64,000 nt of DNA from Lingula anatina (GCA_051362555.1 CM120640.1:66132788-66196787); one strand, 5' to 3'. Positions 45,253 through 60,100 are shown, counted from the stretch's first letter. Made by a program: numbers and translations. The notes: generated by a model not told the origin, from the letters alone.

Positions 45253-45462
45253 GGCAGATGACTTATGTGATATGGTGTGTTTTTATATGAAATAATATAA
45301 TATAGCAAATCTTCAGGCAAGCATTAATTACAACTGATCAGTGTAAAAGTTTGTTTATACACCTTGTTAGCTCTCATTTCTCACATGCACTTGACCTCAT
45401 TCCATTTACCCTCGTTGGCTTTCACCATTTTAGCTCATCTTGGCAACCTCTGTAAATATTTA

Positions 45463-45608
45463 GGCCCCATTCAGAACAGTGTACTTACTAGTCCCAGGGT
45501 CATATGGTGGACCCACTTGAATACTTCTCCATAGGGAATCTATTCAGTGTCTATTAGCGAATTAGATGACAAGTTTTTTAGTGGGTTGCCACTGTTCTGA
45601 ATGTTGCC
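45463..45608. mobile_element. Small decayed MITE in PXMP2 3' region
   Basis: ggccccattcagaacagtg ... cactgttctgaatgttgcc inverted repeat; TSD not conserved. Confidence 0.5.
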
Positions 45609-46820
45609 TGGGTAGGGCTCCTGTCAAACTATTCATGCCTTGTGAACACTAGTTTATGTGCTGCAGATTTACAAAATGTTTTATGCACTTGTTAATGTTA
45701 ATCATGTTTTCTTCTTTTACTCACCAACATAAACACTGACCAGTAAAGTAAAAGATAATGTATATTATATTATGTAATGTATGTGAAACAAGATTTTTAT
45801 GGATTTCACATAAAGCAGACTTTTTCATGCATAGTCACTTTCACTGACAATTTGAAATTAAGTATTTTTTTTACTCATTAGAAAGACATCAGCATTTGTT
45901 ACAAAAATGACAGCATTCTATAATTAACCTTAGGTTTTTGAATTTGTCTGTAAAACATAACAAGAGAATTGGAATATTTTCTTTCATACAAGAATTCCAA
46001 TTACATGAATATTATTAAATGTATTTAAATTCAAGTCTGATTTTTTGTTATAATTTAGTTGTTATTGGAGTTAGCAGATGATACCAACAATCCTTTTAAG
46101 CTTACAAGTTTTTAGATTGAAAATTGAAGAAAGAATTCTTCTTAAGTATATTTTGAGAATTTTATTGGAGCAGTTCAAGTACATTTAAAATAGGGTACTA
46201 GTTTAATTTAGAGATATATTAACAGTAATTATTGCATTTTTGAAAAAAAATGTTTAGATAATGTGCAAGATTAATCTGTTAATGTTATTGCTGAGCATCA
46301 TGTTTTATCATAGTGTATTGTGTTTAACTATAAATGGACAAAACCCAAATTTGGGACCAACTGATTAAAAAGAGCAGCTAAAATATTTTGAGAGGGGTGT
46401 TTCATTTAAATCATTGTATACATGTACTTAAATGGTTTTTGTTTAAATCAGTTGTGAAACTAGATAACAGAGATATCTGACCCACTGCAAAGATATTGAT
46501 AACGCCATGGTAAATTCTTGATAAATTTCAACAGGTCTGCATTATCAGTAGAAATGTAGACATCCTTTGGTTAGTAGCTTGACAAATAAACATACCAATC
46601 AATATATCTGACTGAATGAGCACACTTGAGGGGTGATAAGAGGCCACATTAATCACAGACACATTTCATGAAGTCCGACTGTAAGCAGATCAAATATGGG
46701 CTGGCAAGTTCTTAGTTCATTTCTCAAGCTATTGACAAAATAAATTTTTGTAATCATCAGCTGTCAGGTCTTCTTCAGAGGCAAAGTGATGTCACTGGGG
46801 CTGTTTGGTTAATTAACAAC

Positions 46821-46823
<3 letters not shown>

Positions 46824-46862
<39 letters not shown>
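46824..46862. repeat. (TA)n microsatellite
   Basis: TA run. Confidence 0.9.
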
Positions 46863-46865
<3 letters not shown>

Positions 46866-47886
46866 ATTCTTTTATGAACTTGGCCAATATTCATACGTGT
46901 CACCTGGCAAAGAATCCAAGTTTTCTGCATCTATTAAGAAGGTTGATTGAAAGATGACATTGAAGTACACAACTGGCTCAATTGTTTACTTATTAGGGTT
47001 TATTAAAAAGAATAATCAAGCTGTTGTGTTGAATAAAAGCAATTTCCTATAATTTTATGTTTGCATTTGCTTTAATAAATGATCAGTCAGATAAATCAGA
47101 GGCTGAAGTAAAAGAATCCACTTTATTTATACATAAGCAGAGTAAATTAAATTAGTCCAATTAAACAAGAAGTTTAAATGCCACTGTCAGTTACAAAGAC
47201 TAAATCTATAACCTGTAAAATCATTTACTAAACAAAATTAAATGTTTTGACAGAAAAAGCTTATCATGTAAAGCAGATTTTTATAGCACCTGGCATTAGT
47301 AAGTCTATTATAAACTAAAAACATTTCCTAAACTGAGGTTGTCATCTATAAATATGTATATGATAGGTCATAAATTAGATGAAAATCTTTACAAAAACAT
47401 GTGCTCAAAACAGAACCAATAACTTAACATACAACATTGCACTTTGAGAAAGCTTGGCACCAGGCTTAGATATACACGGTTTAAAATAAATGAAACCCGA
47501 TGACAAGATATTAAAAAGATGAAATAGTGAAGATTAGCCGTTCTCAGCACATTGGCATACAATCATTTCTAATCAACATGGAACATGCTGCAAATTTGTG
47601 CGAGACACTTCATAAAACACATATCCAAAACAGATTGCACTTTTCTCCTTAAAAATACAAGTGAGTGACCACTGTTTACCTGTACTTGACCAGTATGATA
47701 TGCACAACAATAAATAAAATGTACACTTTTCAAAATGAGATTGCACAACTTTGGAGTTTGTTTTTAAATGGCAAGGTACTTTTCAGAACATGTACACAGT
47801 GAGAATGAGCTTTGTAAGTTGACTACAGTACATTTACAGTTCTGTTGAAACCGTTGCTTAATATCTGTGGTGATGTCATTTAAACA

Positions 47887-50800
47887 TCACCGCCTGTATT
47901 TTTCAGTGCTGCTGCTTCTACTGCGATGCTTTCTTTTTCTTGATCTAGATCTTGACCTGGATCGACTTAATGATCTAAAACTGTCCCAGCTACTGACTGA
48001 GCTTGGTGATGATGGCCTGTAGTAGGGAACTGGTCTTTTTCGAGCACTAAAAGAAACAAACAAATATCTACAATATCCACAGTATTCTTACCATTTTTTC
48101 TTTTCTTTTTTCTTTTTGCAAAAATGCCAGGGAACTGCAAAGTGTCCATGGTGATATAATTTCTAGGGTACATAATAACTGATTATTTAAATGAGTACTT
48201 GATTTATTTTTTCTTTCTTAAATTAGAATGCAAAACTTAAAAGTTACCACAAAACTACACAATAAGCAACACTTGTCAAAATCTTCAGAAAGTGCAGTGT
48301 AAAAAAGTAATTGCAGTAAGCAACATTTCATACAGAATCAGTGTAGATCAAAGCTGTGATTAATTTCGTGTCTATTAATTTAAATGCATTATATTTCTAC
48401 ATTTGACAAACTACATTGGACTAACTAAAGGTTTCTAGTGATGAAAATAAAACTAGGAACCACTGTATGTGGTAATTGGAAGAGTGGAATTACTCACAAC
48501 CATCAAATGTATGATGTTTTCTAAAACAGAACGGGTGAATTGTAATGCTTCCCATGCAGTGTCTCCAGATAAGCAGGTGACTCACAGAAACAGCAAGTAG
48601 GCATTAAACTAAATTAAAACATGATCACTACAGAAGGAAAAAAAAGCACCAACCAAAACCAGGAATTTAGCCCAAGTCAACAAAATATTAAATAACATGC
48701 ACATTAGTGGTTTCCTTGAAAATAGTTTTAAAAATAAATGTTCTAAAACAAAACAAGAAAAAAAAAAAGGAATGAAATGACTATGATGGTTAATTCATGG
48801 ATTAAAAATTAGGTTGTAATTCAATCCCATTCATTAAGGTAATATCTGGGACTTCAATTAACATGCAGCAGCATCAAGATATGAACCTGGAAACTCAAAA
48901 CAATATTAGTAGTAATTATTATTATGGCTCATGCATTTCAAATTAATTGTTATGATCTCAGTTCTTCATATGGGCAGTTAGATCCTGGTGCTTTGGTTAG
49001 TGGCATTAGAGAATAGTCTGAGCACAGCTTCCTCTAGGATATCATTAGTATCATCACAAGCTTTTTAGCATGCTATGAGATTACTGGCAATCTTTGAGGT
49101 TTATTCTATGTACCATGTTTTTGCCTCCTTAAAAAAATGAAATCCTTTATCGTCTGCTTGATCTGTAATAAGGTGAACGAGAGCGAGATTGGTTGTAACG
49201 ATCATAAGCTCTAGTTCTGGACCTGGATCGTGAACGAGAACTGGAGTATCTTCTTCGTCTTCTTTCCTGGCTACGTGATCTTGACCTGAATGTGGTGCAA
49301 TTATAGGGTACCAAACAAAATTTACAACACTGAGAAAGCAATGGACATTTAAGACAACAGCAAACTAGAAACAGATACCATACTATGTTAAATCTGATTT
49401 TCACACTTTTGTACAGAATGTTTTAACTGATGTTTTCTTGTCTTATTAAAAGGGAATGGTATCTGTTATGACAACAAAAAAAGAACACAGAGCTTTTACA
49501 AAAAACAACAAAAACAAGAATGTGACTAAAAGTGAGTGACTGTTTTAGAGTCTGAAAGAAGTCATAATAGAAATCGTCCATCAAACTGAAACTGATCTGA
49601 TGAATTACAACAAAGATACACTCAAAATGAAGTACCTTCATTTTGTAAAGATCCAATCTATTCTTTCTAAGTGCTCTGCTTTACCTGGTTATTCTTCTCC
49701 TGTCCAGATGACTGGGTGAGCCTGTCCGTCTACGAATTGATGGACTTCTAGAATCTCTTTCCTTAGAGGTTTTGCTTGGACTATGACTGTAGCTTCTGCT
49801 CTTCCTCCTTCCAGCTGGAGAGTAACTCAATGAACGACTTTTACTACGATGTTTGCGGGTTCTGAAATATTCAACAGATTCTAATCTAAGCGCAATCATC
49901 TGAAAAGAATATTTGAAGAAGTCCAAGATACACTTTGATCTTTAATTCACAAACATTTAGCTGAGCCTCTGTCAGGTAACAAGAAACTAATCTATCTCAA
50001 ATAAATCATCACACACTGGTTTGCAATAACAGTTGCTGACATTTTTAAGATCTAAGAGTCACCTTTTCCTACTCCGGCTTCTGCTTTTTGACTTTCTCGA
50101 AGGTGTTCTTGAGGTCTTTCTCCTTGGAGGTGGTGACGGGGAGACTTCTGGCGTCCTCTGCCTGGTTGAGGAAGCCTGGGGCTTCACTGTAGGGGGACTT
50201 GTGGAAGGACTTCTTGACTTAGTATGACCATTCGTCTTTTTAGGTGGTGGTGAAGCACTTGGGCTCTTTGTTCTGCAATGGGACATTGAGAATTTAAAAA
50301 GCATGATAATATCCAAGGTCAATACAGCAAACTCAGCTAGGAACACTCAAAGGATTATGTGGTTTCATATCAAAAAGTACCCACTTATGACTGGTGTTGC
50401 CATCTTAATTCTGCCATCAAATTACCCAGAACGGTTAGTGACAATGCCTGCAAGTGTGCACCACACTGCACATTGTTTATTAATGGCTGTAAGTACTAAC
50501 CTTTTTTGCGGGGAGGGAGACTGTTGCTGACTGGCATGTGGTGAAGGAGATTTCCTGGCCATTACTGGTGATGGCACCTTCACAGGACTTGCAACTTTGT
50601 GCTTTGTGACAGGGGTCTCATCATGGGAGCTATAATTTGAGAAACAAGTTCAAAAATCAATTTTGTAATATAAATGCTGTCGATCTTATATTTTTATTTC
50701 CCATAAAATAAAAGTAACAAAAAGTGTTCTCATCCTGTCTAAGGTAACTTATTTTTCATAACTGATGGAAAATAACAAAGACAACATATAACAAAGGGTC

Positions 50801-53800
50801 TGTCTTACATATCATATCTGAGAAATGGTGCTAATTCTGTAATGGGTAACTTTAAACCCCAACAGGGTTTAGGAAACTACTGGAAGTGTGTGTGTGTGTG
50901 TGTGTGTGTGCATGTGTGCACGTGCGTGCGTGCAAAAAGGTTTGTACATCTGGGGAAAATGGTCCTTTCATCTTTTTCAAAGTACAGATTTGATAGATAG
51001 TTCTAATGAGGCGATATAAAAAACAATCACATCCCAGTCATTTTGCACTTAAATAGAAAAACATACAAAATCCCTAAAAACTCACACACAAACACAGTGT
51101 TTTATTCTATACCTGCTGGTTGCTTATCTGTCCATTTTGTGGATTGTAATGTGCAGCAAATAACAAAATATGAGAAAACATGAAATATTCAGTATATCAG
51201 CCCCTAAACAACTTATGAGTTCCTACAACTGCTTCGACAGTCTCACAAAACCAACCGCCATTGACAATTTCACAAACTCATTTCCACGCGACTCAATTTT
51301 TATTCTCTCTGTTCCAGATTTAAGTCTTTGCATTATAAAAGCAACAATGACCACAGATTCCTCAATAGATTAAAATGTACAGTATGTATTTAAATGCATG
51401 TTTGCTAAAAATGTAACAGTGATCCAAAAGCATCTTTCATAGAAAAAATTATTATCTTTTAACTGATTTTTTAAACAATTTATGAATTTGTACATCAGTT
51501 ATGAGTAGAAACTGGTCCCAATGAAGGAACCAAATCTCAGACGGGTGGGTAATGTTGATGATAAAGTTGAGCAGGAGCAGAAAATTTACGTTCCTGTAGG
51601 TTATTCAGAGTGCTTGAAGTGTTCATATGACAGTCACATTCTAGTGTGCTTTAAATTGCAATCATGTTTTCTTTTTGAACAACACAAATTAAAATGTACC
51701 TTTCTGAGTCAGACTTGCTTTCTTCTGAGCTGGTAGCAGAACTGGAGGAAGGTGATCGCCTTCTCTTCTTCTTCTTGCTTTTGCCTGGTGATTCACTGCC
51801 AACCCTTAAACAAGTACCAGGACTGATTGACTACATCTTACTGTATTGTTTCAAAATTCTTATGAAGAAATTATTACATAACTTCAGTTTTTACAAAAAA
51901 AAAAAAAAGTTAATTACCTTTTCTTGCTTTTCTTTGATTTTCTCTTCCTTTTTGGAGATTCAGACCTGAATAAATAATAGTACAAATATTTTAGCCCGCA
52001 CCCTGAAAAAATCATCAAAGCTACAGCTACCACTATATTTGAGTGGATTAAGTCAAGTCCCTAATACCAAAGCACAGAAGCCTAATAACAAAGTGGGTCA
52101 ATCCAGGCTCGATTCTGAAGCATTTCAAAGCAGCACTAAGAGATCATTTAATCAAAAAGAAGACTATTAACAGAACTTCCAATTTTTAAAATATTTTCAC
52201 AAGCTACAAACATGATGCCTGGCATTGTCCACTTTGTAGGAAAAGACAAGGAGGTGCAGCAGTAGTAGTAGGATTACAGAAAATATTTATGCCGCTGGCA
52301 TAATTGGCAATTTTGCTTGTAGGACAGATTTACTTTGATGAAAGATAAGGCATGCAGATCTATTGCAATCTAATTGTCTTATCTACTTAAATCAAAATAT
52401 TTAAGCAGAATCAAGATGACCCAAAATTAACTCCTACCTCTGCTATGTTATGATCATTAAATATATTTATGTATACATAATGTAGGCAAAGTTCATACAC
52501 GAACAGCCACAGTGCCTTAAAATCTTACCTGTTTTTTGTTAACTTTGCGCAAGCGTAGAAAAAAGTATTTGATATCTTACTACTTGCACAAGCAGATATT
52601 GAGTATGTTGATTTATAACTTGATTATTTCTATGATTAGGGACCATACTGTTATTAAAGTGTACCACAAGCTTTAAGAGTGTTAACATTGTAACATGTCA
52701 AACAGGCTAGTGCACTGCTGTGTGCCTCAAACAAAAGACCACCCTCTGATAATGTTACTTTATCCTCTTCAAGCAAACAAACACTGAACAACTAAAAACT
52801 AATACAAAATATCAATTTTCAATGAAAAGCTGGTGAATGGGTTAGTTATAGAAAGCCGTGTCTAAGCAAATTTACCTTGGTTCAAAGAATGGGCCTGCTA
52901 TCAAATAATAAGCACAATAAAAAAAGAAATGGTGAATCAGAAGTCGTTTGAATAACTGTATTTTCTTTTTATATATACTGCAACAAATTTTCAATTTTCA
53001 TTCAATTGTTCTCCAAAATTTTGACAGTTTAATGTGTCAAAAAGCAAATGAACTCATGTACTGTAACTCTCCATCTAGTTTGAATTGAGACAAAACTGGA
53101 GTGCACAGAGTAGTTCACAGTAAAAACAATCATGCATTTAAATCAAATGAACAGACAGTAATATCTACACAGAGAACCGATGAAATGAGAAAATACAAAA
53201 TTTCAAAGTTGTTTTGAAAACACAATAGTTTGTACAACACTTTAAAGTCTTCTCTAAAAGAAATCTAAAAATAATTAAGGTAAAACTCACCAAAGCAATA
53301 CACTTAAGTATCAACATCTCTCATAAAACAATAAGCATAAAAATTAACTTGACAGAACAAAAGCATAATAATCAGATTATTACTGACAAAAACAAGTACA
53401 TCTATAGCATGTATTGTTCTACAAGACATCAACTCCTTCTTGGTTTTCCCTTCCGGTGCATGTCTTTAAACAAGTACCTATAATCAGTCATTGATAACGT
53501 GAATATAAAAATTACTGAATATGTGGTCCAGCAATCTTCAGTCTGCTGCTCTTGAAGCAGTCTGGTCAGTGATATTGTTTACAATGGCTGAACATGTGGT
53601 GCATGGTGAACAATGGCATGCAAAGATATGAACCATCACCCTCTAGCCAAGTCCGGGAAGAGTACAGTTAGAAATTCACCTGTCACGCTTTTTCTTGCTC
53701 TTCTTTTTCTTCTCTCTGCTTGGTGATGGGCTCTCTGATCTGTAAGCATGAAACCATTTTACTTTTGAACATATGCATATTCTTCATTATAAACTGTCCC

Positions 53801-54092
53801 AAAAAATGCTTGTCCCTTCACTATGACCTTTAAAAACTGTCGCTATCTCAAAAATTAAGAGGATAAAGTTCACTTCAAACTGAAATAGCAGTAGAAAAAA
53901 ATATATAGATGATTGGGCATTCAAGTTTTAACCTGATCCAAATGATTTCTGCATACACTTTACCTGTGTCTTTTTTCCTTCTTCTTCTTTTTCTTTGGTT
54001 CTGGAGAAGGAGATCTGGATGAGCTGGAGCTTCTAACAAGCCTGTCAAATTAAAATGTGATATTGAAAATTACTCATATATTAATTCTGAAA

Positions 54093-54139
<47 letters not shown>

Positions 54140-57100
54140 AAATAATGAGAACACTGAGAATGAGGTTCAAGTGAAATGAAATTCTCAGAAATCTGTCAAA
54201 TAGACTGAAATGTTTCCAACAACGTACTCAGTCATTACTGAAAGTAAAATAGATTTTCCAAGAAATCCGTTCACCAATTTAATCTAGAATGTTCCACCAA
54301 TCTACATACTCGTATTGTTTCTTTGCCATGGCCTCTGCTCTAGCAGCCTCCTCCTTAGCTTTCCTCTCTGGATCAAAGGAGCTGCCATCCACATAGTTGT
54401 CACTCAAACCAAATGCCGCACGGAGTTTCAGATTCTTTTCTTGGTTGGCTTCAGCTATCTGATGTGTGCCAATTGCTCTAGAAAAGCAGATCAAATTTCT
54501 TTTCACTGAAAATATCTTGGGTTGTATAATTATAAGGATAGTGACAATGATTAATTGCTTTACTGCATTTTATAAAAATGTTTTTCACCTCACATAATTA
54601 TCATAAACTCCATCTAAAAGAAATAACATTAATGCAAATATAAAAAAAGGAAAAAATTTGCTGACTGTAAAGCAATCCAGTTGTGCTTAATCAAATTCAA
54701 TATTAAGGCACTGCATATGAGTTGCTGAATAAACATGGGACAAAAATCAATCTTACATTTAATGGCAAACCCAACTGTAGCCCATCATGCCATGGGAATA
54801 ACACCAGCCCCATAAATTACTTTTGAATTTGACTCGATGACGTCAATTATTAGACATGACACACACATACACAAAACATTACATTTTGGCAGAGATGGAT
54901 TGTTAAACATTATCTTTACATCAATGTATAGAAAATGATTGTGTAAATTTAAATTAGACTTGCCCTTCAAGAAATCGACGCCTTCAAGAAATCGACGAAA
55001 ACCGGAAGTGCGTGTTTTTTGCACTGTTTTTCATGTCATGCCCATCGTAAACACTGTGTTGTCAAGTAAAAAGAAGCGTCTGATACAAAGTATCAAACGC
55101 GGCATTCACGTGCTTGCTTGCGAAGCGTTCAGTACACTTTGTTTACACTGACAAGTCGAGGTCAGAAATGCACAATGTTTTTATATGTAATTGCGCAGTT
55201 TCAATTTTGATTCATGAATTTTCTTTTATCTGCATGGTCATTTTCCGAACATTTGTATAAGCCACGAAATATTTCTCATCGGAAAATCACCCAGCAGCTT
55301 TCCAAGTACAAGCGAGTGACGTCATGACGCACTTCCGGTTTTCGTCGAGATCTTGAAGGGATTAGCGTTATACGGTTTGCTGCACATTTAAAGCGTTCTA
55401 TCTCAAAATGTACTCAACTGCTTGGATTGAAATTTACAGAACTTATTCTTCACATGATATCACACATATGTGCTTAATTTGAGAGTTTTAGCTGTTATAT
55501 GTTTTCTACAGTGCCCATTCAAATTTGAAAATGAGCTATTTTCCGTCGATTTCTTGAAGGGCAAGTCTATAGATCAATACATGATGCAAGCCTATCTAAG
55601 TCCAGTCCATTGCATTTGCACATGATATAAAATTTTCAAAAGTGTAGTTAAGGCCCTAGAAAAGAATTGCATGAAGCATATTAATAGTTTCATGAATCTA
55701 TTCTGTCAGTCAGTTCTAAACTACAGCCAATATCTTTTACACAGAACTACTGCCACATAATCAATAAATCCAGGTAGCAATATAACCATATGCATACAAC
55801 TCCATACCAACATACATGAATAATTGAAAATATCACTCTGGAAAAAAATCTGCTGGTGCTAATTAATTTTCTGGAGAATAAACAGTCAACTTACACTGGT
55901 CTTCCCTGTTCATCTTTTTCTACTGCTCTTTCACTGACTCCTTCTTTGTCCATCAACATCTTTCTAAATGCTGCCACTTTCCTTTCCACTTCTTCAGCTG
56001 GATATCTGATAAAAAAGGAACACAAATTTTCATTCATTTTATCGTATAATTTATTAAACTGAAAACAAGGTGGTATTTGTTGTATTTTAAAATAAAACTA
56101 AAATCTAAACATTTTGTGCAAGAGGGCATCCACAACAGATGATCCTTGGATCTATTGATCTGCAGATCAAATATGGCGGTCCCTACATGAAAGCAGAGCT
56201 GATTAATCTGCTGATGGTCTCCCCGCCACACGTGCCATTAAATGGATGAAATCACAGCTCCCAGGTTTAATTGCTAGACCCCTGCAGGGATGGCGCTTGT
56301 GACAGGGAGACCATCAGCGGAACAGTTGGCTCTGCTTTCATGTAGGGACCGCCATATTTGATTTGTGAATCAGTAGATCCGAGAATCAACTGTTGTGAAT
56401 GCCCTCCAAGTCATTTATGGTTCAAAGGGATCTCTCTACATCAAACCATAGAAGTAGAGAAAATGGAATGCCAACTCCCGCGAGATTTGTATTGCCCTCT
56501 GTGTTATGAGCTTGTGACCACGAGAGTTGGGCGAGAGTTGGGTAGTTTTACTTCCGGTCAACTTTCGTTGCACTACATGTGAATGGGGAGCAGGCGTGCT
56601 AAGACAATTGAGCGTCATTTTGACAGATTTTTGGTTCAATTTGATTAATAATGGCCTCGAAGTTGACATTATTGGAGGTAAGTCTGTCTCTTAGCTTGAT
56701 TAAACGAAGCTGGATTGCAGCATGTGGATAAAATCGACGATAATCGAGCGATCTCACACAAAGCACGTGGACAGCCGGCAGAGTTTTACTTTCCCTGTCG
56801 TGATCAAGTAATGATATATCTGTACAGCAACGGAATATTAGTCCGAACTAACCGTGAACTGTAGTTTGACTGCAAATCATACTTGAAAAAAGTCGGAATA
56901 AAATTCTGTCCCTTAACTAGGGAATTTGATATTTAATGCTTTTGTTTACAACTAAATACAAGGCTGTTGGCAATTTTCCTGCCAAGGAAAAGGCGACCCA
57001 ATAATTTTTTCTACCGATATTAAATCACCTCATTAAGTTGAATCCTACTCACATTCATTATCATTAAAATTTTGTATTAGTTGTAAGTTATTCTTTCCAA

Positions 57101-60100
57101 AATTTTAAGTAAATTTTCTGTTTATAGGATGATTTTGAAGAGAGATTCAGTATGCTGCAACTCGCCGTACAGAGCACCACGTAACCAGTAGCACCACCCT
57201 AGTATGTTGCAATAAATAAAAATAACCATCTTTCTGAAGATTTTTTTTTTTTGTTTGAGAACATTTTTATATGATTAAACATTTTATAGTTACATGGAAA
57301 TTGGTACAGTACATTCCTTTTCGTTAGATATTATGCATTTTCATTAATAATGAAACACGATACAAATACAAAAATAATTTGCTGACAGTGCTTTTGTAAA
57401 TTTACTACTTCAGGTGACTGAAATCTCACAATTAGTGGAGCAATCCCTGGAAAAGCTGCATCCAGCATTTTGTTGACATACAGCAGCTATAAATATGCAA
57501 AAGGAAACTTCAAAAGGTACATTGTTAAAGAATATATTTATTTCAGTATTTCAAGGCTTTTATCAAAATTACAAAGTTCCAAATATGTATCAGTTATAGT
57601 AGAAATAACAGCTGTTACTGCATACATAATAACAATAATAGCAAATGAATTTTACTCTTGACCTGCATATAAAAATTTTATACTTCTATGGAATGTTTTC
57701 TTGTCTACTTTGATCAATCATCAGTATATGATAAGAACAGTGAAATTTAGAGAAATCAGATATAAATACATAAAGCATCTTCAGCTGAAACATTTAGAAA
57801 ATACAATGATTTCAGTTTAGAAATATTTTGCAATTGTTTAATACACTTTTGAACATGGTGATATTTCAGTCTAATATTCAAGAAATCCAAAAAAATAATT
57901 TATTTCCTGTGCCTTAATTATACCACGCACTTCCAAAACTATATAAAAATGTTTTTACTTGTTTTCCATGTAATACATCATGCCTCATCTATCTTTAAAA
58001 GCATTTTATAGTTTGTTATTTTCTCCTCTGTTTATTTCAATTTTTTTTATTATTTTATTTTTTTTTTAAATTTTTTGTTTATTATTATTATTTAATTTTT
58101 TTTTACTCTTAGCTGCAAACCATGGGTTATCTGATGTCATCACCTAAGATAGCTAATTTGGAAGTGCTTGATTTTACAATTGATTTTTAAATTTTCCTTA
58201 AATAATATCAGCACCTGTTCACACAGTTTGAAGCCTCATACATCTGACCCATAGAATACTATTGGTGCAATTAATTTATTTAAAAGTGTAAATGCAATAT
58301 TGGGTTGATAATCACAATAGTATTTCAACCTGTTTTTAATAATGGTAACTTTTCCTTGCCTGCATAGTTTATTATAATGGTAACTTTTTCTTGCCTGCAT
58401 ACTCGATTTTTTCTCAGCTCTTGTTCATGTTATACTATGGATTATTCTTTAATATATGGTGACAGTCAGTGAAAGTGCATCAGAAAACTTTCTTGTCCTT
58501 TTTTTAACGAGAATCTATTCCAACTCTCTTTTGGTCATAAAAGAGTGAAATGTGTGACTGAATAATGTGTCATATTTCACATGAAAACTGTCATTTTCTT
58601 AATGTGCCAAAGGAACTTAAAATATTATTTGATAAATAAATGCTATGATTTTATTGACTGTCAGTATACATTTAAAAGCCAATGTTTCACATAGCCATAG
58701 TTAAAAATAAAGATGTCGTATTGAAACGGATTTCTCAAACAGCAATATTCTTGGATATGTCAAAATCTGGAGTCAGACATAATTAGTTGTACTCTGCCAT
58801 TAGTACTTTTAAAAAACGTGCATCACTAGCATACAGTTCTAATTTAGTTTCAGGTTTCTGCAAACTTTTGGGACAATATATATCTCCCTGTTTGGTAAAG
58901 AAGTCCAAGGTCTCCAGGCTGAACAGAGAGGCATCCCAGTCAGCTATCTTCACTGCTACAACCAGCATACAAGACATTACAGCAGGTTGGCAGTTGAGAT
59001 CTTCAGTTAAGTCCTGGATGCACATTTCATCAGCCCTACTAGTGCAGAAAATGTTGTCGATTCCATCAAACGGACAGAGGTAGACATCACACACTATAAT
59101 GATTGGTGGTTTTTGTAGTCAGCAAACTGAAACATAGATGAAGGGGAAGTGATAACAAGGAAAAACTGAGTCAACTCGGAGATAAAAGTACACAGCCAGA
59201 AGCAGACATTGCAGGCTGCTAAGTCACAAGGCAGACTTGCATCTATCACTACAAATGCAGCCTATGTTGATGGAAATGAAAAAATTTTAGGAAAAAATTT
59301 CCTATACAGATACATTTTTCCAATGCTCTAATTCTGTTATTCCAGACTGCCATTTTAGTTCTACATAACATGCTAAATGTACAAATTCTGCCCTTATTAT
59401 GCACATTTCTTTATTTATAGATTTCTATTTTAAAGTAAGGATAGTCTCAATTTGTATGTAACTACAATCAGTTTCACCATACATGTGTGCACTGCTAAAT
59501 GTCTGATGTAAAAAATAAAGCTATGAAACCGAGACACGAGTCCTCATTTAGTAAGCAAACAGCAATGTTGAATTTAAGTTGTAATAAGGAGGTGAAAGGG
59601 ATGTTAATTCATTTCAATCGAGTTCAATAAACTTTCATGAGATAATATTCATCCCCCAATTATACAGCCTGAATGTACACATACATTTAATGAAACAGTG
59701 TTTCAAAATACCTGGAACAGACCTTGACTTTCTCTGGATTGAAGTTGTTGTCACATCTGTTGATGCAATGGATCAGCTGACTTCTCCATTTGTCTGAAAC
59801 CTCAGACACTCCTGTGGATATGAAAATATACATGTACCACCTTAATTCTTGTACTTGCCTTAGAAATGGGAGTTTCTTTGTGGAATCAAAAGCTGGCATA
59901 TGAAGGTGTAAAATATTGAACATTATGAGATTTAATAAATTGTCGTTTTATATATAATTATTGTGAAAGAAGTAAGTTATTCCCCTGTGAAAAGGTGCAA
60001 AAGAGATAATAATAATAAAATGGTTTGCTTGATTATTATTTTGTGTTGCTTCAATTTTACCTTAGGCAAGCTGTGATGAGACACTGCATAAAACAACACA

